From Kiritimatiellia bacterium (GTDB lineage Bacteria; Verrucomicrobiota; Kiritimatiellia; CAIVKH01): a stretch of 64,000 bases of DNA. The stretch is taken from NCBI GenBank assembly GCA_039807095.1, contig JBDHQM010000002.1, positions 97,261 through 161,260 of the forward strand, given 5' to 3'. The translations under genes were made by a program, and so were the position numbers. Of this stretch, positions 19,293-27,724 are shown piece after piece. How positions within the stretch are numbered: position 1 is the first letter of the stretch; each line of letters starts with the position of its first letter. The notes beneath the pieces were generated by a model. That model saw nothing but the letters and a program-made list of their open reading frames with translations. It made no database searches and was not told the origin of the DNA.

Positions 19293-20530
19293 TCTGCACC
19301 GCCTTTCGTCGTCACCGACAAAAGCAACCTCTGATAGACCTCACACAGACGATCAACTGTCGCCTGAATCGAAAAATGCTCCTCTATCGTCCGCCGTGCA
19401 GCCGAGCCGAGCCGACGACATAGCGCATCATCCATCAATACGCGGAGCAATGCAGCCGCAAGCGCCTCTGCATCGCCAACAGGAACGAGCAATCCGTTCA
19501 CACCATCCTCTACAACAGCGCGGTTCGCGGGAATATCCGACACCACGCACGGGAGCCCCCACGCCTGGGCCTCCAACAGCGCGTTGGACATCCCTTCCGC
19601 ACGTGAGGGCAAAACGAAACAACGGGCATTTTTATAATACACTGCGGGATCAGGCTGATAACCGCAAAAATGCACACCGCCCTCGCAACCCAACTCGCGC
19701 ACGACGCTGCGCCAATGGATATCCTCGCCGCCACCAAGCAAGCTCAATCGCGCGGTTGAAAGCCTCTGATGCACCCGCGCCCACGCTGCAAATAAAACAT
19801 CGAAGGCTTTGTAGCCCGCTCCCTGTGAAAGATTTCCGACATACAAAACATCACCGGCAGGATTCCACTCCAGCCTTTCGGGGAGTTCAACGCCGTTCGG
19901 GATCGTGAATATGCGCTCATCGGAAATTCCCCGCTGCACCAATCTGTTTTTCAGATGCTCTGTCGGCGCGATATACGCCGCGCGCTGTCGAAGCAGTGCC
20001 CACCGGCGACGCTCAGGCACATCGTAGCCGACGCGACTCAGCGGGTGGTCTGAACTCGCTTTGCCCAGCGCTACGCCACCGAGCGCATCGGCCGCCTCCA
20101 CCGCCACACCGGCGAGCCAGATCGCCTCGTGTGCGTGAAATATCTTCACAGTGCGGGCCTCATCCGTTCGCAACCAGGCGCGAAAATCCGAAAGAAAACC
20201 GCGTCGCGCAAGCCACTGCAACGGCAGCTCAAACCAGAATGAAAGGGCCTTGGAAGGAATTTTCGCGAACGCACGGCGAAGAACTCGAATTCCCCTGTTG
20301 AGGCGCGGCACGCATTTTCCGAGTCGCAGAATCTCTCCGCCTTCCCACGTCTCGCGCACCGGTGTATCCCGGAACGGCCGACTCGCCACGATCAACACGT
20401 CGTATCCCCGCCGCGTCAATTCAACCGCAATCCGTCGGCATTGTTTCTCCGCCCCGCCTTCACGATCCGGCGCACACGCCCACATCAGCATCGCAATTCT
20501 GGGACGACTACTATTTGGAGTTTCGTTCAT
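19289..20530 (-). CDS. glycosyltransferase family 4
   Basis: GT-B fold with a C-terminal E-x7-E region (AEGMSNALLEAQAWGLPCV). Confidence 0.8.
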   Translation of the reverse strand: MNETPNSSRPRIAMLMWACAPDREGGAEKQCRRIAVELTRRGYDVLIVASRPFRDTPVRETWEGGEILRLGKCVPRLNRGIRVLRRAFAKIPSKALSFWFELPLQWLARRGFLSDFRAWLRTDEARTVKIFHAHEAIWLAGVAVEAADALGGVALGKASSDHPLSRVGYDVPERRRWALLRQRAAYIAPTEHLKNRLVQRGISDERIFTIPNGVELPERLEWNPAGDVLYVGNLSQGAGYKAFDVLFAAWARVHQRLSTARLSLLGGGEDIHWRSVVRELGCEGGVHFCGYQPDPAVYYKNARCFVLPSRAEGMSNALLEAQAWGLPCVVSDIPANRAVVEDGVNGLLVPVGDAEALAAALLRVLMDDALCRRLGSAARRTIEEHFSIQATVDRLCEVYQRLLLSVTTKGGAE

Positions 20531-21750
20531 GCCGACTTCGCACCCGCCTCGCCGTAAAATCTGACAACGCGTTTTGCGATAGCCTCCATCTGGAATTCCG
20601 ATTCAATCCGTGCGAATGCGGCCCGACTCATCGCCGCGCGCAAAAGCGGATCATCCAGCAAACGCAGTATCCCCGTCGCCAGCGCGTCCGTATCGCCGAC
20701 AGGCACCACCACCCCGTTTTCGCCATCGCGCACCACATATTCATTGCCCGGAATTGCGCTCACTACTGCCGGGACGCCCCAACTTTGCGCTTCCAGCAGC
20801 GCGTTTGAAATACCTTCGCGCCGGGACGGCAGCAGCAGCATAAGCGCGTTGCGATACAGCGGACTTAAATCTGACACTCGCCCCGCAAAATGAACCGACG
20901 CCTCCGCACCGCGCACTCTCAAGAACTTCTGCCACACGCCCGAATCGCCCGCGCCGGCCACCACCAACTTCGCGGCGGGCCGATGCTCATGCACACGTGC
21001 CCACGCATCAAACAGGACGTCGAAGGCCTTGTTCTCAACCGGACGCGTGAGATTGGCGACATACAACACAACTCCATTCGCACCCGGATCGGGGCGCGGC
21101 TCACGGGTGGGCATAGCAATTCCATTAGGGATCACCGCGATTCGCTTTTCATCAACACCGTTTGCGGCCAGATCGGCCTTCATTTCCGGAGTCAACGCAA
21201 TGAAGTACAAACGCCTGCGCGATTCGATCATCGTGCGGCGAAAGGGGATGCCCGATTCATTCGAAAAAACCGGGAGGTTTGCCCCTTTGCATACAACCGG
21301 AACTCCTGCTCGCCGGGCCCACCACGCGCACCAGCCCGCCGTCAACGCCGCCACGTGTACATGCCAGATATCCACTTGATCGCGCAACCGGCACATCCGC
21401 CATGCGGTGCCTCCGAGCATCAGCCACAAATTTAGCCGCTTCACTATCCACGCGGCGACACAACTGCAGCGGGACGGCGAGAGCGCCGCAGCAGGCGGCG
21501 TCTTACCCGAGTCCGACTTTCCGACAGCAGGTTTCGAGCGGCGGCCGAGCAATGCCTCGATACGCGGCATTCTAATTACACGAACTCCATTCTCAATAGC
21601 ATCGCGCGGCGAATCGCGGCGCGCGCGAGTCGTGAGAATTGTCACAGAATGGCCTTGTCGCACCAGCTCTTCCGACAGGCGACGGCACTGCTGTTCCGCC
21701 CCGCCCGTTTGGTCGGGAAAGTATGACGCGATAAACATTCCGATCTTCAT
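20527..21750 (-). CDS. glycosyltransferase family 4 (start taken at MKIGMF)
   Basis: GT-B fold (REGISNALLEAQSWGVPAV). Confidence 0.75.
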   Translation of the reverse strand: MKIGMFIASYFPDQTGGAEQQCRRLSEELVRQGHSVTILTTRARRDSPRDAIENGVRVIRMPRIEALLGRRSKPAVGKSDSGKTPPAAALSPSRCSCVAAWIVKRLNLWLMLGGTAWRMCRLRDQVDIWHVHVAALTAGWCAWWARRAGVPVVCKGANLPVFSNESGIPFRRTMIESRRRLYFIALTPEMKADLAANGVDEKRIAVIPNGIAMPTREPRPDPGANGVVLYVANLTRPVENKAFDVLFDAWARVHEHRPAAKLVVAGAGDSGVWQKFLRVRGAEASVHFAGRVSDLSPLYRNALMLLLPSRREGISNALLEAQSWGVPAVVSAIPGNEYVVRDGENGVVVPVGDTDALATGILRLLDDPLLRAAMSRAAFARIESEFQMEAIAKRVVRFYGEAGAKSA

Positions 21751-21775
21751 GGCGGGCGCGCGCAATGACGCGATT

Positions 21776-22624
21776 CTACGGTCGCTTCCACATATAAATG
21801 CTGCCACCGATAAGCGTGAGATTAGCCGCGCGCAGCCAAGGATTTCGCCGCAGTGCTCCCAGCACGCGGGCACCGATTCCCACGCGCGCGTCTCCGCGCG
21901 GCAAGCTCAACAAATCCATCGGTGAATAGAACTGCGCAAATCCTGCCTCACGCCCCAGCGAACACAAATCGGCAAAGCTATACCAGTGCACAGCGGGGCG
22001 TGGCGAATAGTCCGCCAGCGTCGGCTTATAGTGCAGATGTTGAAAGACGTAGGATTCTCTTACTGTGCGCGGGAACCAGTTGTAGAACGGCACGCGATAT
22101 TCCCCGTTGCGGCCCAGCGGTGAAAAACGGAGCCGGTTTGTCGTCCGGACAAACAAAACACCCCCCGGCGCCAGCACGCGAAACATTTCCGCCAGACTTT
22201 TACCGGGCGAGTCCACATGCTCCAACACACCCTCCATCAGCACAATTCGCTGCGAGTGATCCGGAAACGGCATTTCTTCCGCAACACCCCATTTCACACG
22301 CGATGCATCGCCCAAATACTCACGCGCCACTGCCAGGCTTTCCTCCACCGGTTCAATGCCCACGGCATCAAACCCCTTTTCAAGCAGCGTTTTCACTGTG
22401 AGCGGGCTCGGCCCGCACCCCACAACCGCCACCGTTTTGAGGCCAGCCGACAGATCAATAAGGCGACGACAGCACTCGAGAATATCGTTAAGCCCGCCAC
22501 GTTTGAGTGTTGTCGGCAAGCGTTCATCAAACCGCTTCCGTTTATGTTCAACGTAGCGAGCAGGCAAATCCGGAACACCGGATGAAAGAGGGCGATTGCG
22601 ATACAAGTCCGAATACTTCATCAC
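21776..22624 (-). CDS. class I SAM-dependent methyltransferase
   Basis: Motif I VVGCGPS. Length and later motifs fit the Methyltransf_11/12 type. Confidence 0.75.
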   Translation of the reverse strand: MMKYSDLYRNRPLSSGVPDLPARYVEHKRKRFDERLPTTLKRGGLNDILECCRRLIDLSAGLKTVAVVGCGPSPLTVKTLLEKGFDAVGIEPVEESLAVAREYLGDASRVKWGVAEEMPFPDHSQRIVLMEGVLEHVDSPGKSLAEMFRVLAPGGVLFVRTTNRLRFSPLGRNGEYRVPFYNWFPRTVRESYVFQHLHYKPTLADYSPRPAVHWYSFADLCSLGREAGFAQFYSPMDLLSLPRGDARVGIGARVLGALRRNPWLRAANLTLIGGSIYMWKRP

Positions 22625-23388
22625 CGGCTCCCTTTCGCGCGCGAATGTTGAGACACGATAAACTCCGCAATGCGCTGTGCTTCGGCATCAAGGTTTGAAA
22701 TGCCACTCGCGCGAAGCACAGGAACGCCTCGACCCTCCAGTGCATCAGCAAGTGCATTCAGTAGGGTCGCGCCCTCCTGAAAACGTGTCTTCATTTTATC
22801 TACGGGTTCACTCCCGAACAGGACAGGGGGCTGTCCGCGTCCTTGTACGCGCTCTACGCAGACATCGGCCGGAGTATCCACACAAATCAAGACATCCGGC
22901 GCGGGCAACAATGCGGCATAGCGCTCAGCGTCCGCAGGTTTGCCCAGCCCGCGATAACCGCGCAACGAGAAGAATCGGTGCGCAAACCCTTCGTCGAGCA
23001 CAACAATTCCATCCAGTTGTTTCGCCAATTGAAATTCAAAGCCTGAAGTCAACACCGCGCGAAATACCGGATCGCGCCAACTCGAATCCGTCCCGGATAC
23101 AGCGAGCCATTCGTGCAGCAACGCGACGAAATCCGCGTGCTCGACTGCAAAGCGATGCCAATCGTTCAGCCCGTGGGGCAGTCCGAGAAAATGCCGGCGC
23201 CAGGCAGGAATGAGCCGGCCACACAGATTGCCAATGACTCCGAAATCACGCGCACGCAAACCCCGCTCAACTACGTCCTCGCGATTCGCAGCCTCGATAC
23301 CGCGCGCGCGCAACGCCTTCACCACCACTCCGCAGAGCGTGCTCTTGCCCGCCGCAGGGACGCCGCAAAACTCTACGCGCATTTTCAC
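22621..23388 (-). CDS. P-loop NTPase, small-molecule kinase-like
   Basis: N-terminal Walker A motif (GVPAAGKST) and a Walker B-like VVLDEGF. 255 aa. Coupled by ATGA overlap to the methyltransferase. Confidence 0.5.
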   Translation of the reverse strand: MKMRVEFCGVPAAGKSTLCGVVVKALRARGIEAANREDVVERGLRARDFGVIGNLCGRLIPAWRRHFLGLPHGLNDWHRFAVEHADFVALLHEWLAVSGTDSSWRDPVFRAVLTSGFEFQLAKQLDGIVVLDEGFAHRFFSLRGYRGLGKPADAERYAALLPAPDVLICVDTPADVCVERVQGRGQPPVLFGSEPVDKMKTRFQEGATLLNALADALEGRGVPVLRASGISNLDAEAQRIAEFIVSQHSRAKGSR

Positions 23389-24749
23389 GAACCGGCCTCA
23401 TTCGGAATCAGCCAAAACGAGTGCTTCGCAAATGGGCGGATATCGTAATTCGCCCGAATATTCGAGACCTCCATCATCCGGCTCATCGTCTCGCGAATTT
23501 CTGCCTCGTCCAGCCCTGGAAATTTCTGGGAGCTGTAACCATCCGACACCAGTTGTGCCTCGCGCCGGGCATGAAGTCGTACCCGCCACATGCGCTTCGC
23601 CTCGGCCAACATCCGTTGTTTTGCAGAAAATTGACCGAGCGGTTTCCTGCCCGCCAATTCCACCAGCTCATTTGTAATCCGTTCCGCGGATGTCACCCCG
23701 GACAGACCGGCCATATAGCGCTTGGCAGTTGTCCACTGTTCGTCCGTCCACAAGACACCTCGCTCGCGAGCCGTCTTTCGCCCCTCCAGTGCAACGAACA
23801 GTTCATCCATCGAAAACACGTTCTCACTCAATGCATTCGGCAAGTGATTTTCATATCGCGGATAGCGCTTGGGGCGATACGCAATCGCCGGAACATCCAG
23901 AAGGAAAGATTCGACGGCGGTTGTGCAGTTAAAGTGAATCACCACTTCCGACGCCAGTATCCACTCGTGCACATTGCCGCTGCCATCCACATGCAAACGC
24001 GGATGCCTCTTGGCCAGCTCCAACCACGGTGCATGGCTTTCAGAGGGATGTGGGCGGACGACCACCGCATGCTTTGGATAACGCGCGAGAATCTCAGGCA
24101 CCATGGCGAGATACGCCTCGTGCATCTCGCGATGCATGGCGATCCACTTCTCCATGTAGCCGGGCTCGTTGTTGATCGGATATCGGGCCAATAATTTCTT
24201 CACTTCTTCCGGCGATTTGAAGTGATTGTGAAAAGCGAAGTTGGTGTTCACCAGCAGCATCGGACCGAACCGCGCGCGCAGTTGCTCGACGGGCTCCCGA
24301 TAAAAGGGCCGCAATTCCGGGCGCAAGAAATCGAAGCGAGGGTTGCCGCACAACGCAATCCGATCAACGTATTGTGGATATTCCTCACAGATCGCCTCGC
24401 GTTGCACCTCACCCCACGCGAAGAATCGCGTCACCTGATCCAGGGATTCGGGGACGATCCGCTGTTTGCGATACAGCCACGCATCAAAAAAAACCAATCC
24501 CTCTTCATCCCACGAAACTAATTCGTGTCCCATCGCCCGGCAGCGGCGAAACCAATCCGTTCGCGTCGCGGCAACGCTCTTGTCCAAATAGATCGCGGGT
24601 TCGACCAGATCCGCATAATCCCAGAGTCGCCCCTGCACGCCGAAAAGGACCGGATGCCCTCTGCTCAAAACATTGAGCGCGAGCCACAGCTTTCCGTGAA
24701 ACTCACGTGCCTTCGTCTCTACAGGTATAATGACAGCCGTCTTCTTCAC
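23385..24749 (-). CDS. TagF/KpsS-fold transferase ('surface carbohydrate biosynthesis protein' type), candidate CMP-ulosonate or polyol-phosphate transferase
   Basis: An RPHP motif and a downstream HFNCTTAVESF block resemble the CDP-glycerol glycerophosphotransferase / capsule-synthesis fold. Located beside neuB and neuA. Confidence 0.45.
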   Translation of the reverse strand: MKKTAVIIPVETKAREFHGKLWLALNVLSRGHPVLFGVQGRLWDYADLVEPAIYLDKSVAATRTDWFRRCRAMGHELVSWDEEGLVFFDAWLYRKQRIVPESLDQVTRFFAWGEVQREAICEEYPQYVDRIALCGNPRFDFLRPELRPFYREPVEQLRARFGPMLLVNTNFAFHNHFKSPEEVKKLLARYPINNEPGYMEKWIAMHREMHEAYLAMVPEILARYPKHAVVVRPHPSESHAPWLELAKRHPRLHVDGSGNVHEWILASEVVIHFNCTTAVESFLLDVPAIAYRPKRYPRYENHLPNALSENVFSMDELFVALEGRKTARERGVLWTDEQWTTAKRYMAGLSGVTSAERITNELVELAGRKPLGQFSAKQRMLAEAKRMWRVRLHARREAQLVSDGYSSQKFPGLDEAEIRETMSRMMEVSNIRANYDIRPFAKHSFWLIPNEAGS

Positions 24750-24758
24750 GCTGCATTC

Positions 24759-27011
24759 CTACAATCCAAATCGCTCCAGGCGCTCAAGGGCCACCCAAAA
24801 ACCCTCTCCACCATTTTTGTGGCCCTGCCAGATTTCCGGCATGAAGGAGGCGCCGGGGCACACCTCCTTCAACTGCGCGCAAAGCGCGGGAAAGTCCAGC
24901 TCGCCCTCGCCCACCTGCAATCCCTCTCCATCGGTTCCACGAGCATCCGCCATGTGCAGATGCGCAGCAAACGGCCCCACCTGATCCACAAACTCCTTGA
25001 ACGAAGTTTTGTAATGATTGCAGGCGAGTTTTGAGTGACTCACATCGAAGCAGAGGCGCAAGTTATTCGCGCGGCAGAACTCCACTGTGTCTTCTGCTTT
25101 GACAAAAAGATTGAGGTACATCTGCCCGCCGAAATACCAGGGGAATGGAGGCAGAGTCTGGCCAATAATCTCGACGCCGTCCGAATCTAACTCCCGCAAA
25201 CTGCGCGCCATAATTTCGTAGCGCTTGCTTACTTCGGGTTCCGACAAAAATCCGTCTCGCGAAAATCCGCCCAAACTAACAATAATGACCGGGCGCGTTG
25301 CCTTCTTAAAGTAGGGCTTCAGCTTTCGCGTCAAGTCCACCACGCGCTGGAGCTCGGCAATGGATCGCGCACGATGCGCTTCATCCGGATTTGAGAGATC
25401 GAGAAGGTGATCGCCATTGAACGTATCGGGACTGTGCACCTTGAAGTCCAGATCAAGAGGCTCGCCGAAGTAGCGCTCATACTCCTCATCCATGTCCTTA
25501 AAGCTCAGATGAAACTCGATGAAGTCGGGATTCGACTTCTTTCGTATTTCCTGGAAGTCGTGCCAACGCACCGTGACCCCCCACGGCCGACTAAAGCGAT
25601 AGTGCCGCGCCTGTGCGATGGGCTGCTCAATGTCACCGGCAAAAAAGAAATCGCCTTTCTTTAGATTGCGCGTGGCGCGCCGACCGATCAGCTCCGGTTT
25701 TCGATTTGGCTGCAACCCCCGCCCGGGGCTCCGAATTTCCACCGCGCTCTCATCAATCTCCTCGCCTTGTGCGATATCGCGTGCAGCAACAAGACTCTTG
25801 GCAAGGTTTGAGCGATTCATCAGTTCGCCCTGCGAAAGCGTGCGCGGATGGCCCGTTCCGATGGATTCTTCAACCTGCCGAATACCCTCAACCATTGCCG
25901 CAAATTCGTCCGGCAACAGACTCGCTTTATGGTCCGATCCTTCGAGGTTTCGGTCCAGCGTGATGTGCTTTTCGATAATCTTCGCGCCCTGCGTCACAGC
26001 CGAAATGGCAACGTGAATACCGCGCTCGTGACCGGAATATCCGACGAGACATCCGCCGATCGAGCGTAACCGGGACAGGTAGGCAAGGTTAATGTCTTTG
26101 AACGGCGCGGGGTACGTTGAATTGCAGTGCAACAGCGCATAGGCACTTCCATTCCGGCGCAGCACCTTCACGGTTTCCGCGATCTCATCCTCCGTGGACA
26201 TACCCGTCGAAAGAATCAACGGCTTATACGTTCGCGCAAGCTTCTCGATGAACGGATGATTCGTCAAATCCGCCGAAGCAACTTTGTATGCCTCCATCCC
26301 GTTGCGCTCCAGCACGTCCAGGCTCTCTTCTTCCCACGGAGTGCACAGCACGGCGAGGTCGAGAGAGCGGGCGTAATCAAACAGCGCAAGCATATCCGGG
26401 ACGGGTAGCTCGAACTTTTCCAACAGATTGAGCGTATATTGAGCGCCGAGGTCCTCCCCCGCCACACCGCCCGGCGTGTTGCGGTACAAATGCGACATTG
26501 AGCGCATCTGAAACTTCACCGCATCTACACGCGCATCGCGCGCCGCGCGGATCAGGCGACGCGCCATCTCCACGCTGCCGTTATGATTGATCCCGACCTC
26601 CGCGATGACGAAAACCGGCCCCTCGTCGCTGATTACGCGGTCACCGATTTTCAGCCCTTCAAACAATCCGCGACGGCGCACCACGCCAATCAAACGGCGG
26701 CGCGCGTCCAGCAGCGGCAGAAATTTTACGCGATCGGAAAAACGACGGCGAATTTCCTCCTGCGATTCGCCTTCCAGTGCCACCGCACAGGAGCGCACGA
26801 GAATCGTGCGAACCGGCTCGCGCAGATTCGCCACAGATTGCTTCATCAGCCAGCGTCGCACGTCGCCGTCGGTCAGAACACCCTCCAGCACACCGTACTC
26901 ATCCACGCCGATAACAAATCCCTTATGATTCGCGTCGAGGCGATGCAACGCCTCCGCAATCGGCGTATCCGCATTCACGCTCCACGGTCGGACATCGCGT
27001 TCGATGATCAT
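24759..27011 (-). CDS. neuB: tri-domain fusion: CBS pair + N-acylneuraminate/ulosonate-9-P synthase (NeuB, with SAF domain) + xylose-isomerase-like TIM-barrel sugar isomerase/epimerase
   Basis: NeuB core motif (VFVIAEVGINHNGS...VKFQ) and a SAF domain. The C-terminal roughly 260 aa has the TIM-barrel AP_endonuc_2-like pattern. The ORF as listed overlaps neuA by 43 bp, so the start was taken at MIIERD. Confidence 0.75.
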   Translation of the reverse strand: MIIERDVRPWSVNADTPIAEALHRLDANHKGFVIGVDEYGVLEGVLTDGDVRRWLMKQSVANLREPVRTILVRSCAVALEGESQEEIRRRFSDRVKFLPLLDARRRLIGVVRRRGLFEGLKIGDRVISDEGPVFVIAEVGINHNGSVEMARRLIRAARDARVDAVKFQMRSMSHLYRNTPGGVAGEDLGAQYTLNLLEKFELPVPDMLALFDYARSLDLAVLCTPWEEESLDVLERNGMEAYKVASADLTNHPFIEKLARTYKPLILSTGMSTEDEIAETVKVLRRNGSAYALLHCNSTYPAPFKDINLAYLSRLRSIGGCLVGYSGHERGIHVAISAVTQGAKIIEKHITLDRNLEGSDHKASLLPDEFAAMVEGIRQVEESIGTGHPRTLSQGELMNRSNLAKSLVAARDIAQGEEIDESAVEIRSPGRGLQPNRKPELIGRRATRNLKKGDFFFAGDIEQPIAQARHYRFSRPWGVTVRWHDFQEIRKKSNPDFIEFHLSFKDMDEEYERYFGEPLDLDFKVHSPDTFNGDHLLDLSNPDEAHRARSIAELQRVVDLTRKLKPYFKKATRPVIIVSLGGFSRDGFLSEPEVSKRYEIMARSLRELDSDGVEIIGQTLPPFPWYFGGQMYLNLFVKAEDTVEFCRANNLRLCFDVSHSKLACNHYKTSFKEFVDQVGPFAAHLHMADARGTDGEGLQVGEGELDFPALCAQLKEVCPGASFMPEIWQGHKNGGEGFWVALERLERFGL

Positions 27012-27724
27012 GTCGGATTCTCCCCGCGTTGAAGCAGAAAACTCGCCCACTCCAAATCCATTTCGGAATCAATATCTACTCCAGCCTCTTCAGTCATTTT
27101 GAACAAAACGATTTTGCCGCCCAACCGATTGTTTCCCTGCCGCAGCACCCACGGTTTGAAAATGTAAATGGATCCGTTCTCCCGATAGCGTGGCGCCATG
27201 TCCTGACGCCGCGGGCGTACACGCCAGTCGCGATTGACCGCGACCGCAGATCCATCCTGTTCTTCCCAAAGAAACAGATGAGAGGGCGAAACAGAGACAA
27301 CAGAATCGGCATTCGATTCCTCTAGCAAGGCAATAGCGGAATCAATATCCATTCCGGTTCGAATCGGACACGTTGCTTGTAGAAATACGACGAGGTCAGG
27401 GTCTCCGCCCCGGTCTGCCGCGATGCAATCCAACGCGTGCAACAGCGCAGCCTCGGATGTTGTCGAGTCTTCCGCCAAGACCGCCGGGCGATCAATAATC
27501 TGTGCGCCGGCATCTTGTGCTGCGCACTTAATCTCGGCGTCATCCGTGCTGACATACACACAAGAGACGCGTTGAGACTCAAGCGCATCGGCGACGCTCC
27601 ACGCAATCAGTGGGCGCCCCGCTACAGGACGCACATTTTTTCGCGGCACACCCTTGGATCCGCCGCGCGCCGGGATGATGGCGACGACGTTTTCGAATCG
27701 CTGACTGTGCTGGGAGGGGTTCAT
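27008..27724 (-). CDS. neuA: acylneuraminate (CMP-ulosonate) cytidylyltransferase
   Basis: IPARGGSKGVPRKN motif of the CTP_transf_3 family. Confidence 0.85.
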   Translation of the reverse strand: MNPSQHSQRFENVVAIIPARGGSKGVPRKNVRPVAGRPLIAWSVADALESQRVSCVYVSTDDAEIKCAAQDAGAQIIDRPAVLAEDSTTSEAALLHALDCIAADRGGDPDLVVFLQATCPIRTGMDIDSAIALLEESNADSVVSVSPSHLFLWEEQDGSAVAVNRDWRVRPRRQDMAPRYRENGSIYIFKPWVLRQGNNRLGGKIVLFKMTEEAGVDIDSEMDLEWASFLLQRGENPT

